64,000 nucleotides of DNA from Camelus ferus (taxonomy: Eukaryota). A program made the translations under genes and the position numbers. A model generated the notes under the pieces. The model did not search any database and was not told where the DNA came from. It saw nothing but the letters and a program-made list of their open reading frames with translations. Positions 26,624-39,479 of the stretch are shown here, piece after piece. Within the stretch, counting starts at the first letter, position 1, and every line of letters starts with the position of its first letter. The stretch spans positions 87,484,001 through 87,548,000 of the forward strand of contig NC_045696.1 of the NCBI RefSeq assembly GCF_009834535.1. Direction: 5' to 3'.

Positions 26624-26799
26624 CTTTGTAATCCATCTTTATTTAAAATGGCATTTAATGGCTTGGCAATATTTATAATGCAGAACAACTGTATTATTTC
26701 ACAGAATGCACATGTGCTTACAGCTGTCCATGGTACTGCCTGCAGCTGTGGGATAGTTTGCACAGTTTGCTTAGTAAATACCTGGGCTTCCTGTTTTAT
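26624..26799 (-). pseudogene. Pseudo-exon (phase 0->2): IKQEAQVFTKQTVQTIPQLQAVPWTAVSTCAFCEIIQLFCIINIAKPLNAILNKDGLQ
   Basis: Acceptor tgtttttcttctcacag|, donor AAG|gtactc, fully open 58 codons. Confidence 0.7.
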
Positions 26800-26984
26800 C
26801 TGTGAGAAGAAAAACATGAAGCCCAGATAGTTTGTATCAATTATGCTGTAAAAAGCATTGGCTGGTCTTCTCAGCAGGACTTCTACTGATCCAAGTTCTG
26901 TCAGGATCTGATACAATGATTGTGGACAATTCACTTTGTGTCCGTAAGTCTCATTTTCCTTAATAGTAAAATGAAGATGTCTGT

Positions 26985-27075
26985 TTTGTTAATTGAAGTA
27001 GAGTTGATTTACAATATTGTGTTAGTTTTAGGTGTATAGCATAGTGATACAGTATTTCTACAGATTATCCTCCAT
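26985..27075 (-). mobile_element. Short L1 3' end (cetartiodactyl type)
   Basis: attgaagtagagttgatttacaatattgtgttagttttaggtgtatagcatagtgat. Confidence 0.75.
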
Positions 27076-27678
27076 AAAGGTATCTGTTTTAATTCTATGT
27101 TTTGCAAATAACTGAATTTCCTTGGGAATTAGGACAAGCAAACAGAGCTCCAGAAACTTCTGCCCTCTTTCAAATACTGGAGTTCTAGGAAAATATTTAT
27201 TTGAATAAAACATTTAATCCTTTAAGCATGATTAACAATAATGCCCCTTTACTTTCTAATGATCTTTGACTTCTTGCTAAAGAAAGGCAGTTATTTTGAG
27301 GTGTTTAAAAATTCTCACTTTAATGTTAATCAGAATTGAAATTTTATCTTGGCTTGGCTATTCTACCAGTGTCAAGGGAGAAAACAAAATCCCTCTCTCA
27401 TGATCACTTCACCTATAAAAAGGGAGATTATAAGACTTAATGCCTCATAAAGTTGCTGTGACTAATAAATCAAGTAATCCCAGTGGAGTACTTAGGATAG
27501 ATCTTAGCAAATTTTGGAGCACATAAAAATATCATCAGTGCTCTTTCACGTTTTGTCATATATAATATGTACTCCCTTGATCACATATAATAATAATATC
27601 AAATTGAAACTAATTTTGTTATTAACTATAGCATTTTTATAATACTAAGTCCTAGGCTACACTCAAAAACACAGACTC

Positions 27679-28136
27679 TGTATTAGTTTCCTAGGGCTGC
27701 TATAGCAAGGTACTTCACAAAGTAGGTCTTTCAACAATAGACATTTATTCTTTCATGACTCTGGAGGCTCAAAGTCTGAAGTCAGAGTGTTAGCTGGGTC
27801 ATGGTCCCTCTCAAGTCTCCAGGAAAGAATCCTGTCTTGCCTTTTACAGCTTTCTGGTGGATGCCAACAATCCTAGGCACTTCCTGGCTTGTTTTTCGCC
27901 ACTTCCTTCACAGTGCTACCTCCTTTCGCTATGTGTCCTTCTCTTTCTCACTCTTTTTCTCTTATAAAGACACCAGTCATTGGATCATTGGATTTAGGGT
28001 TCATCCATAACCTGTATGACCTTATCTTAACTTGATTATGTCTTCAAAGACCCAATTTCCAAAAAAAGGTCACATTCACAGGTGCTGAAAGTTATAACTT
28101 TGATATACTTTAAGAGACATGATTTAACCCACAACA
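27679..28136 (-). mobile_element. MaLR solo LTR (MLT1B/C-like)
   Basis: tgtattagtttcctagggctgctatagc...tcttataaagacaccagtcattggat...aaggtcacattcacagg...acccacaaca. Confidence 0.85.
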
Positions 28137-28339
28137 GGGTCCATAAAGAAATGGACAGATACTGAGCTTAAATTGCTAAATAATTTAGTGGAAGTTTGCA
28201 TATCCTAAAAATAATCAGACATTAATAAAACAAAGTTGGAGAAGTCTTAATATGGAACAAACTTTAATATATTCAGAATATGCCTTGTTAATATATAGAA
28301 AAATCAATAATTTAATATGGAGAGGAGTTTTTAGGACAT

Positions 28340-31300
28340 TATAATTATTAACCTAATGAAATTCCAATCCAAATAACAAAAGATTTCTGAATATGGATAT
28401 GTACTTTAACAAGCTAATTCCAAGATTTATAGGACCTAACAAAGGGTCAATAACAGCCAAGTCAATTGTGAAGGAAATGTTTTTACATCTTGAACTACTA
28501 TACACTTAGATATTATTAAGCTATTTTAATTATGACACTGTAACACTAGCACACAAACAAATAGATGAATGGACCTAATTTACTAGTGCAGAAACAGATG
28601 CAAATATATATAAAACTTGGATTGTGAAAGATATGGTATTACAGATTAGTGGTAGACATTTAAATGGTGTTTAACGATTGCTTGTTAATAAAAAAGAAAA
28701 AAAAAAAGAATCCCCTCTGCAATGCAACAACCAACTCTAGACAGATTAGAAAACTAAATGTGAAAAGTCAACTTTACAACTTCTAAAAGACATGCAGAAA
28801 ATTATTTTTGTGATTTCTGGGTAGGTAGAATTTCTCATGAAATCCTGAATTCTAAAATGACATATTAAAGAAAAAGACATAAAATTGATCACATTAAAAT
28901 TCAAGTCTTCTGAATGATAAACATAAAAAAGTGAAAAGTCAAAACTTTTGGTAAAACAATTAGAAAATAGCTATGTACATCAACAAGAAAATAGAAAAAT
29001 ATTTTGTAGTATTTTGAAAAAATGGAATTCTATAGCAATAAAAATTAGATATAAATTAAGAGCAAGTTAAAAATCAATTTGTAGATAAATTTAAACAATA
29101 CCATATCATTTATATAGAACTACAAGGACAAAACTGCTTGGGAATGAGAAAAAAGCCAAGATAGCAGTTATTTTTCGAAAGACAAGTAAGAATAATATGA
29201 TTTGGTTGCAATATTCATTTTTTTCAGATGAGAAGAATATTAACTATTATTTTTTACATCTTTGTATGTATTACGTTTCATAATACTTTAAAAATTGTAT
29301 ATAATAGTAAACCTCAGCTCATTCCTTTCTTCTCTTAAATCACAAAAATGTACTATAGACATCTGAGTACATGTTATATGTTAAATCCGATGGGGGAGGA
29401 TTCTGAGAAGATAGCAGCAGCATTTTTTTCCTGTCACCTGTACCTGTCCACTTAAAACACAGGTGGAGGAACGAGGACAGCGAAACAAAACTCTACACAC
29501 AGCATCTATCAAAACAGATGTAGGTTCCCCTTAGCTTCAAAATACACTCAGATGATGACAAACACTGAAGCCAGAAGAAACTGTGTTGTGCTCACAGTTA
29601 TGCAAGAGAAAGCAATGGAACACCTGACTGAATCTGAGAGTCCCAGAAGAGCCCAGAGGTACTCACTGTACCTCTGCCTGGATCACCAATGTGAGAATGG
29701 AAAGAGATTCACGCTTTCCAGTAGAATTCCACAGGAAGGGCCCAAAGCAGTCTGATATTACAATTCTAAAATGTCACCAGTAAACGTCATGACAAAACCC
29801 CACAATGGAGATCACCTGCTGGGAACTGAATCAAAACTGAGCAGCAATAATACAATACAGAAGCGAAGCTAAGAAAGTACAGATTAAAGGGGTGGTGGGA
29901 GGACACAGGCAGGACTTCTCAAAAAGTAAACTACACTTTTAAAAATTGCATGGAAACAATACAAGAAAAAGTGCTGTGAAGTTAGAAAAACTATCCAATA
30001 TCATGCCTCCTCTAAAAGTGTGGCTAATCAGCTGCTTGTAAAACTGGACAACTGACAAGATTGGGTCAAATCTATTAAAAAGTTGTTGTTAGAATATGGA
30101 GCAAAATATATCCCTAAAAATAATAAAAGTTTGCCAGAAACATGCTCAAAACATTGTAAAAAAATATAAGCTATCTATTTAAAAATAAGCCAAAAGACAC
30201 TAAGAAAATAATATAAGATAATAGAGAAAAAAAAAAACTAGAATTAGAAAACTCAGAAATGTCATAATGAGACTCAGGAAACAATTAGAAATAAAAGAAA
30301 AAATTATTTCAGAAATGAAAGTTAAATTAAAAAGAAACATAAATGAAAATAAACACAATATATTATGTTTCCTTAAGCAATAAAGAATGTGATGAGGAGA
30401 AAAAATTAAATAAAACATAAATGAAAAAATAAAATAATTTAGGAGGAAATTGCAAATTTACAAAAAAAGAGGATCAAACTTTCATAAAATTGGAGTGTCT
30501 AAAGGCTAATTACTGAATGATATATTTAACAAAATATTTGTTCAACAAAAGCGTTTGAATCTCCATAAAAAATCCAACTGTAATTCTTAGATTATGGTAT
30601 TTAGATTCTGATGGAAACAAACTGAAGCAAGAAAAAAAAACAAAAAAAACCAAAAACAAAACAAAAACAACTTCCCAGACAAAGAAAAAACTTCTTAGAC
30701 AATCAGAGGAAAAATGATAAATGGCTGGATATTTAATGATACTGAGGAATTACTGTTAATATTATAAGTGTGCCAATGTTGTTGGGACTATGTTCAAAAA
30801 AGTTTCTATATTTTAGAAATGCACGTGAAATATTTACAGATAAGATGAAGTTTATGGATTTGCCTCAAACTAATCCATTCTTCAAGAGAAAATAATTGGT
30901 TGGCAGTCTAAACAAAAGAAAATGGATCACGATGATAATAGTTAAAGCTGGTGAATGCTACTAGTTGTGGGGGGGATTTATTATAATATTTGCTGTCATT
31001 CTATGTATGTTTAAAACTTCACAAGACATAAAAAAGTAAAAAATGTTATTAGAAGATAAATTTCATAATCTCCACTGTACTACAGAGAAAATAAGCAAAT
31101 TTATGAAAATTAAAAAGAAGGTGATTCACATTGAGGGCAGAGAATGGTACTATCTTCCTCTCTAGAAATAAATTATCCTTATTTATAAAGAAATCTTAAC
31201 AAACCTTAAGAACTTAATGGAGGGAAATATTCATGGATTAAGAACACAAACATAAATACCTAATTTTATTCAACTAATACTTTCAGCATATATATTGAGT

Positions 31301-31460
31301 ACAACCTATGTGATAGATACTCTTCTAAACACAGCAATAAATATATAAGAAAAAAATTGAATAGACTTTACAAATTCTAGGAAAAATTAATATTCTAATA
31401 ATATTTTAAAACCAGGATAATTAAAATAATCCTAAATGCAACCAGGTAGTAAGAAGCATT
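28340..31460 (+). mobile_element. Cluster of highly decayed L1M/L1ME fragments
   Basis: A-rich ORF2, 3'UTR and 5'/ORF1-like text (aacaagctaattccaagatttata; atggctggatatttaatgatactgaggaattactgttaat). Confidence 0.6.
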
Positions 31461-31868
31461 TCATTCTAAGAAACCAAAATCAATTTGGCCCAACTATGCT
31501 TTCCATGGCATGGAATATGAGGGGAAAAAATTACTAAAAATAAAATTTTCATCAGAGCCTTTTAACCTGTAGCAAATGGAGTTGGGACAGGAAAGAGGGT
31601 CAGGGCCATGTGGGAAGAAGAAATAAAAATAGTGAATGAAAAACAGCAGAGAAACAGAATTGTCTGTTATAGGCTGACTCAAGGTATTTCATTAAAAGCT
31701 ATAATGTACTTTATTTTGACTGACACATCCACTTAATTATTGGCTGGGATATATCAGACTTTTTTTTTTCTCTTTTTTGTTTCTTTCCTTTTAAAAAAAT
31801 ACAATTTGCTAATAAACAAATTATGCTGGGCCACTTAAAAACTTTCTAAACTAAAAATTCAAGCCTAC

Positions 31869-32167
31869 ATTTGTCATTTCCCCATAACTCATGGAGAGAT
31901 AGTCCCAGTGATCACCAAAGTAAGGGAGGGGGACCTTGAACAGTGATTCCTTTTTATAAATATGCCCATGTTAAAATATCACTTTGCTTATTATTCATGT
32001 CTATGTTAAGATGTCCCTGTGGTTGTTAGCATTGTTTAAGACGCTATAGCGCTAGTGCTCTGTTAGAAAAAAAATTCCATCTGCTTGTCTACTGTGAATA
32101 TGAACTGATAGAAAAGAAGAAATAATATATTCTGCAGGAAGCAGATCCACTGGAAAAGGCATCCTAG
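31869..32167 (-). pseudogene. Pseudo-exon (phase 1->0): RMPFPVDLLPAEYIISSFLSVHIHSRQADGIFFLTEH*RYSVLNNANNHRDILT*T*IISKVIF*HGHIYKKESLFKVPLPYFGDHWDYLSMSYGEMTN
   Basis: Acceptor ccattttctgattttcag|, donor AAT|gtaggc, 299 nt, single frame with 4 stops. Confidence 0.6.
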
Positions 32168-32789
32168 CTGAAAATCAGAAAATGGTGAACAAAAGCAATT
32201 TGTTAACTTTCTGTAAGGCCATTCTTCTAAAGTAATAGCGATTTTTAAATGTCAGTTAAAAAGACTCCATTTTATTAAATCAATTGATATTTTTTGCTTT
32301 AATAGTATTCAACATTTTTTGAATAATTTTAATTCAAATTTTTGAATTATTATTATTTGATGGTATTGAATAGGCAAAAGTATTGATATTAAGGACTGCT
32401 ACCCATTTCTTCTATAAATACATTAAAGATAGAGAAATATACTGAGCTACTAAACTATCTCAACATATCCTTAGTAATAATACTTTACAATTAACTCAAT
32501 CAAGAGTAAAAATTTTAATATGGAAAGTGTACTTTTTTGGCTTTCCATCGGTTTATTGCCAAACCATACAAAAAATAAGCTGCATAAAGGCTGTCAGGTG
32601 CAGTAGACTGGAACACTTTTCACTGACTTTTCAGTTTATTTCATAGACTCACTGCATAAATACTAACATTAACCATGAAAAATCTACATTGTATTTGAAC
32701 ATAGTATAAACACTTAAAATAACTCGTTATTAACCATTTCCACATTTTTCAGTTGCCTGTTTGGTGTCTATTATTTCCTTTATCAAAAA

Positions 32790-33030
32790 ATAATAATGAT
32801 AATAATCACATTTGATGTGTAGGGAGTACATATCTTATACCAGGCATTATTCTAAGTGTTTCACAAAAACTTCCCACAACCACTCTATGACTAAGGCGCT
32901 TTGGTTACCCCTACTTTAGAGGTAACTCAGAAAATTAAGCAATATGCACTAAGGCATATAGAGGGGAAGAAACGGAGAGAGAATTCACATTGAGTTAGAC
33001 CGAGCCTGAAGCCTACAATTTAACCACTGC
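32790..33030 (-). mobile_element. MIR
   Basis: ccaggcattattctaagtgtttcac...ccacaaccactctatga...cccctactttagagg..actcagaaaattaagcaa. Confidence 0.6.
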
Positions 33031-33528
33031 AAAGTACCAGCTCCATGGAACAAGCCTTACAAACACTGAGATAGAAGATGTTTTGAATAATTTCTAAATC
33101 TCACATATAGGAATATCAAATAATTGCATGAAGGTATAAAATTAACTTAAAATTCACTTAAAATTACACATTATGACCTAGAACTTTTCCTTCTAAATAA
33201 AACACTTTTATTTTTCTTATTTTTCCTTTTTGTTTTTTATTTGTTTTTGTGAATTTATGATGTATCACTTTTTTCTGAGAAAGATGTTTGTTTTCCAGTT
33301 TAAACTTTTCTTTTTCCATATACTTAAAGTATAACAAAAACACATTCTTAAATAGGACTTTTAGAGGTGAGCCTATAAGCCTCTGCAACTTTCCACAGCA
33401 AAGCAGCAGATTGAAAAAGATCATCTTCCCCCTACTTCCATTTTCTTTGATTACAAATCTGAAAAGCTTATAATCTTTCCAAAATTCTGCTCCCTATGTG
33501 GGGCCAGACTAAAATTTAGAGAGGCGTA

Positions 33529-33629
33529 TAGTTGCCAGGTTTAGAAAATTAAAATACAGTACACCCAGTTAAAATTTAATTTCAGATAAACAATATGTAA
33601 TAGTGTATTGTATTTTATCTTGAAATGCT
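33529..33629. mobile_element. Internally deleted MER53 MITE
   Basis: gttgccaggtttagaaaattaaaatacagtacacccagttaaaatttaatttcagataaacaa...tgtattttatct. Confidence 0.7.
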
Positions 33630-34101
33630 GAAGAAGAGGCATAGAAAGTGAAATAAGAGGTGTCTCAGCTAACATTATGGGTTATCTTGGAATATTTGTC
33701 ATTTAAAATAGGCCACCAGCAGTCAACACAGCTCCAGCAGACGGGCCACATGACCACCACCAGGCGTCTCCTAACAAATAAACTGGAGGCCAGCTTGGCA
33801 GCTTCTGGTGGTCAGCTCTATAGAAGGGATAAAATACCACTGACAGTAGGTATAGGAGTAGAAATGCAATAATATGGAGACAAATTCATGTGTCAGAACT
33901 CGGCTCAGAGGGGAAATCACATGATTAGAAGGAATAATTTGAGACCTTGCTTTAAATCTCATGGATTTTGTTAAACTGCCCTCTAAAGAGGGTCAAAATG
34001 GCAAGCAGCATTGCTCTCTCTCTCTTAGCAAAAGAAGAAAGTCTGGACGGTACTAATCTGCATAGTATACGGAGAAGCTCCATCTTGGTAAGAACACTTA
34101 C

Positions 34102-34431
34102 TCTTCCCTCTCTCACTCTACCACTCAAAGGCTCCACTAAATTAATGTTGAAAAATTAAGCATATTGGTTTGAATGGATGCCAAACTATTGTCTGCCTAG
34201 GCTACCAATTTTGGACCCACTTCATACACCTAGTGGTATGCTGGTAAACTAGCTGTGGGAAAGGATAGTAGGGTTGACTTCTAGCATGTGCCAACGTGTA
34301 CAGCATACGTGCTACCACCATAGTAAATTTCACCCAAAACTGGCTTATTAAATTTCTAAATATTTGAAAATGAACTCTTGCAAGATTTAAAGAGCAACTC
34401 CTGCACAAGATGTACACAGGTCACATTCTAC
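34102..34431 (-). pseudogene. Pseudo-exon with one inferred frameshift: ...KFNKPVLGEIYYGGSTYAVHVG / ARSQPYYPFPQLVYQHTTRCMKWVQNW*PRQTIVWHPFKPICLIFQH*FSGAFEW*SERGK
   Basis: Long polypyrimidine acceptor at 34431, donor GA|gtaagt; 3' frame ends phase 1, matching next exon. Confidence 0.5.
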
Positions 34432-34546
34432 CTCAGGATTAAAATGACAGAAACAACAAAAAGACAGGATTAAATGACAGTGCTCAAGAGACCTTTCTAG
34501 AAGCACATGACACCCAGAAGTTTTAGATCAGTGTGGCGGAACTCAC

Positions 34547-34758
34547 AGACTGAATGAGCAACTCCTTAAAACCAGGGAGGGAGGAGACGAGGAAGAAAGA
34601 GATGTCACAAATACAGGATGATGTAAATACTTCATGAATGTATAGGCACCACACTTGTGAGTGTTTACAGAGATTTCTTCAGATGTCTCTTTAATCTTAT
34701 CTTTCATGAGAACTTCCATGATCACTTCTTAACACCTTGTAACATTCTCTCCTCTGTG
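34547..34758 (-). pseudogene. Pseudo-exon (phase 0->2): HRGENVTRC*EVIMEVLMKDKIKETSEEISVNTHKCGAYTFMKYLHHPVFVTSL...
   Basis: Acceptor tatgtattcttataag|, donor CT|gtgagt, one TAA in 70 codons. Confidence 0.5.
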
Positions 34759-36774
34759 CTTATAAGAATACATAGTATGTTAACTCTCAGTAAACAGGAA
34801 AAAAAATTATTGCAATTAATTGTTAATATCTATTTAAATATCTACCATGTCTGACTATGAGCTCTCTGAAGGTAGGGGCGAGTTTATTTGTATCCCAGAA
34901 TCTTTCAGAGTCTCGGGTGTATAGTAGATCATCAATAAAATAAAGCTTACTGGAACTCAGTATTAAAAATCTTTTAAGTTGTTTAGAAAAAGAGCTGCTA
35001 CATATAGGATTCTTATCACTTTGGTTTTAATTCTTCCAAAGAAAAAAGGGCATTAATTTATCATCCTTATCAGAATGCCAAGTAAACTGAGTTTCATGCT
35101 GTTGTTTATTGCCCTCCATCCCAAATGTTGATAGAATTTTCCTTTTGAAGGTGAACAAAGCTTTGTTCAATTATCTCTACAGTGAACTCACAGAATCAGA
35201 GCTCTTGCTGTAATTCTAGTATATAGTTTCTGTGACTCACCTAGACACTGTTTCAATAGGAGACGTATCTTGTGATGAAAGTGTCAAGTACACACACTGG
35301 TCTACTGCACACAAGCACAGCATGCAATTGATAAAAGCAGCCTGTCAGTGAAAGACTGATGAGAATGTATTTCATTTCAGGCCTGATGCCTAGCTAATGA
35401 TAAGAAATAAGAAAAACAAAGGGCATAAATGATAAATTTGCTGAATTTGTTTTAATGTCATTCTATAAAGTGATATCATTTTCATTAAAATCAAACCTGG
35501 TTTCATTCTTAAAGTTCATAGAAAATATATTTCCTTAAGGAATAAACTCAGGTAAAGTCATGAATGAAAGAACCTTGGATCATAGCCACTTTTAAGATAT
35601 TTTTTCATGCAACTTTTCTGATATAGTGATGTGTTAGCAGCCTCTGCATGATATTGAACTGCATTTAAAATAGAAGTTAACAACAATCCTCTGCTTAAAC
35701 TTAGGGTATTGAAGAAGGAATCTCAGAAAAGCAGAACATCAAACACAATCCTTCAAACTCCAGACCAACAGGCTAAAAACTAGAATGAGATAAAAAAATA
35801 TATACCTATCTACTTATATATTATACATAAAATATGTAGAAAGTTTTATATGGAATGAGATTTTTTCTAAACTGAAGCTTACACCTAGTGTATGAAAAGT
35901 AGAAATTTTTTACACTATTTTAATTAAAGATAAATATACTTGTCAAAAATAGAGAGGCAAATAAAAATACACAGACGATATCACACTGTAGTCTTAAAAG
36001 AACCAAGAGAAACATTTGTCAAATTGATTACCTGACCCAGATCTTTTATCATTAACTCTGTTGATTCCACTTGACATTCAGAAATATTATACCAGAACTT
36101 CAATACTACTTTCATGAAATTCTAGATATCTAGGAATTTCAGATTAATAAGAACTGACCTATTAAATATTAAGCCTCAGGGAGAAGGGAAGGTTCATGAT
36201 TCAGAAACCAAAATAGGTATCAATTCCCGAAGATGAGTTTAAAATAAAGCTGAAGATCTGATTATAGAAATTAGTTTTCATTGGTATAGCAATGAGGAAT
36301 AAAATGCTAATAAAAACTTATTTTAGAAATTTGGCATTTTTATTGAAAGGCATTAATATTGAATCGCTGGTTATAGTCTTTATTAGAAGTGGATATGCTG
36401 ATGAAATTTTCCTCTCTATTTAATCTAAAGTTACTTTGAAGTAGTTATCTGTAGTATTTCTTAATGTTTTTCTCAGTAATCCTATTAAATATCTATATAG
36501 GCTACCACATAATATTAAATCTGATTTTTAAATCAGTTTAGCTGTTGTTTAGGGTCTTGGAAAGTGTCAGAAAATCAGAACATGTCAGAGTTGAAGAAAA
36601 TCTAGAAGTCAAATTGTGTAACATCTGAACAAAAGTTGCCAGAATTATTATAATTTGAAGATTTATATCCTTGATTAAAACTTAGAAATCATATTATATT
36701 AAAAATCTGAACTACTACTGCTAATTTAACATAAAGTATGACATGTATCTTGATTTAACTGTCCAGCAAGTGTG

Positions 36775-37012
36775 TATTGGGTGAGGAGTTTAAGCTGGGG
36801 GGAGGGATAAATTGGAACTGGGATTAGCAGATACATACTATTGTATATAAAACAGATAAACAGCAGAGATCTACTGTGTAGCAAATGGGAACTATATTCA
36901 ATATTTTGTAATAACCTATAATGAAAAGGAATATTAAAAAGAATATATATATAAATGAATCACTTTGCTATATACCTGAAACATTGTAAATCAACTATAC
37001 ATCAATAAAAAA
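36775..37012 (+). mobile_element. L1 3' end (cetartiodactyl type)
   Basis: gggattagcagatacatactattgtatataaaacagataaac...gaactatattcaata...aacattgtaaatcaactatacatcaataaaaaa. Confidence 0.85.
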
Positions 37013-37249
37013 GTTACCTGATATTATAAGATTTACATAAAGACTATAATATTCTATATTCACACTAGCAATACATGACTGCCCTTTTCTCTACATGTTT
37101 TCTAATAAGTTGCTATTTTATAGTTTTTCAGTTTTTACTTCTACATGAAGTGATTACTTCTTTAGCATAAGCTGCATTTTTCTCGTCTATCTGAATTTAA
37201 ATAAATTTCTAATTCCACATAAAACTCGGTACCAAACCAACAAATTTAT

Positions 37250-38620
37250 ACTTTTTCAACATTTACTTATTTATGAAATATTCTGAGTCCCTAATATGTG
37301 ATACTATCACAACCAAAACTGATATGTGAGTTGAGACAAAATGTAAATAATATACAGACAGAGAAAGAAATAGAATTAGTAACAAGTGTTAATGAAAAAA
37401 TAATGCAGATGATTGGGATATGCAATTTAAATAGGAAAATCAGAGGAGATATCATAGAGAATATGACTTTTGAACAAAAACCTGAAAGGCAATAGGGAGG
37501 AATATTCCAGACTGGAAGAAAAACTGATGCTAAGATCTTATAAAAGGACCATGTCTAGTTGGAGGAATTGTGAAGATATCAACAGAGAGAAAAGAAATCA
37601 CAAAGACAAGGCTATAGAAACAAGGATGGCAGATCATGGGGTGCTTGAAGGTCATAAGAGTTTGATTTTGCTCTGCTTGGCATGGGAAGTCATTGGAGAG
37701 TCTTGAGAGGCATCCTATGTTTAAAAAGAGATCATTCTGCCCAAGGTATTAGGCACAAACTGTAAGGAGGTAAGTTATGATATAAAAGAGGACTAACAGT
37801 GCTTCAGAACTTCCTGGACTCAGATAGGGAGAAGTGGTTGGATTTTGACCCGAGGATCTGAAAGGACAGATTAGATATTTATTGAGATAGAGAGAATGAC
37901 CAGAGGAGGAAGTTTGGAGGGGAAGATAAGGGGTTTGATATTAGCACAGTACATTTAAGATATATTTTAGATCTCCAAGTAGAAATATTGATCAGATTGT
38001 TAGCTACATGGATCTGGGATGATACAGAGGTCAAGATTGGATATGAACATTTTGGAATCATCAGCATACAGATGATCCATCAAGCCAAGAAAAAACAGAA
38101 AAGATCAACAAAGAAGTGAATGCAGATGTAGCAAGTGATCCTTGAAAGTTAAGAGTTTGGGAAAGTGAGAGGGATGCAGTGAAAGTGAATAAAAAGAAAC
38201 AGCCAGTTCAGTAGGAGGGAAATCAGGAGAATGTGGTATCCTGGATACCAAGTGCAGAAAGGAATGTGTGTGATCACCTGTGTCATATGCTTCTGGTAAG
38301 TAAAATGAAATGGAATAGATTCTCACGTTTAGCAAATTAAGGGCCCTGGTGTCCTGGATAACAGCAACTTTGAAAGAGTAGTGGAGACAAATGCCTACTG
38401 AGAATTGGTTTGAGACAGACTGAGAGAAGAACTAAAACTTCTTTGTGGAATTCTGATATAAAGATATTGGCAAAATCGGCACGGTTGAGTAGATTACAAG
38501 ATCAAGAGAATCGTGTTTTGTTTTTAAGATGGAAGAAATAGCAGCATGCTTGTATGTAAGTGAGACGGACTGAAAAGAAAGGGTAAAATTAAAGTCAGAG
38601 ATGAAAGTGGATAAAATTGG
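37250..38620 (-). mobile_element. L2 LINE
   Basis: Purine-rich antisense L2 text: gactttgaacaaaaacctgaagg; atgaacattttggaatcatcagcatacagatg; tttttaagatggaagaaatagcagcatg. Confidence 0.8.
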
Positions 38621-38659
38621 GCACAAGTTAAAGCAACTCTTTTGTAGAGTTTTGATACA

Positions 38660-39390
38660 AATTGACTACCATCGTTCTCTGGTTCCACTATAAAGCACAC
38701 TAGCAAAGTCCATAGCATAACAAACACACAGTTTCTATACAGATAACCTATCTGCACAATTCTGCCACAAGTTCAGCTACGTGATTACAAAGAGTCAGTG
38801 AGTTTGTTTCAAAATCTGTCTATGTCAGCTGAACTTGTCATTATTATTATGCAAGGTAGTTCTTAACTATGCAATGAAATGAAATATGAATACTTATAGA
38901 AAACCGTATCTTTGGTGTAAACTGTGTTGAATTCTTTAGAAAAAACAAAGATGAGTTACCACAAGGGAAAGAAAAGCTGTGATGTTATACATGATAAAAC
39001 TGTAATTAAAAAAAAATCAGGAAAAGGAACAATTCATAAAAATATAAAAGTAGTTTGCACTTAGATACCTTTGAAAGTATCTCAATTATTTTCCCACTTA
39101 AAAAACCCTGAAACTTCAATGTTAAGGAGTGCATTGTGGGATAGGTTTATGAAGAAAAATGGGTTGGCTAGAAAGAACACATCCATACTCAAGGAAAAGA
39201 CTTGAAATTATCTCAAAAGATTGAAGGCAGCATTTTATTTTATATTAAGTTTATCTCATTTAAATGTTAATCTCATTCAAATTAAAATGTTTTAGGTATG
39301 TTTGAATTGTTTTCTGTGGCTGGCCACTTAAAGAAAAATTTAATTGACCACTAATAGTTTTGATCAATTTGGATAAAAGTGTTTCTACCA
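38660..39390 (+). mobile_element. Ancient TcMar-Tigger remnant
   Basis: Decayed transposase-like text gagtgcattgtgggataggtttatgaag...catccatactcaaggaaaag. Confidence 0.45.
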
Positions 39391-39479
39391 TATGTTTCAA
39401 GACCAATAGTCAAAGAGCAGACAAAGACTTATTTGCAGGTGTCAAGATAAAATTTTAAGAAAATAATTAAGATGAAAAT

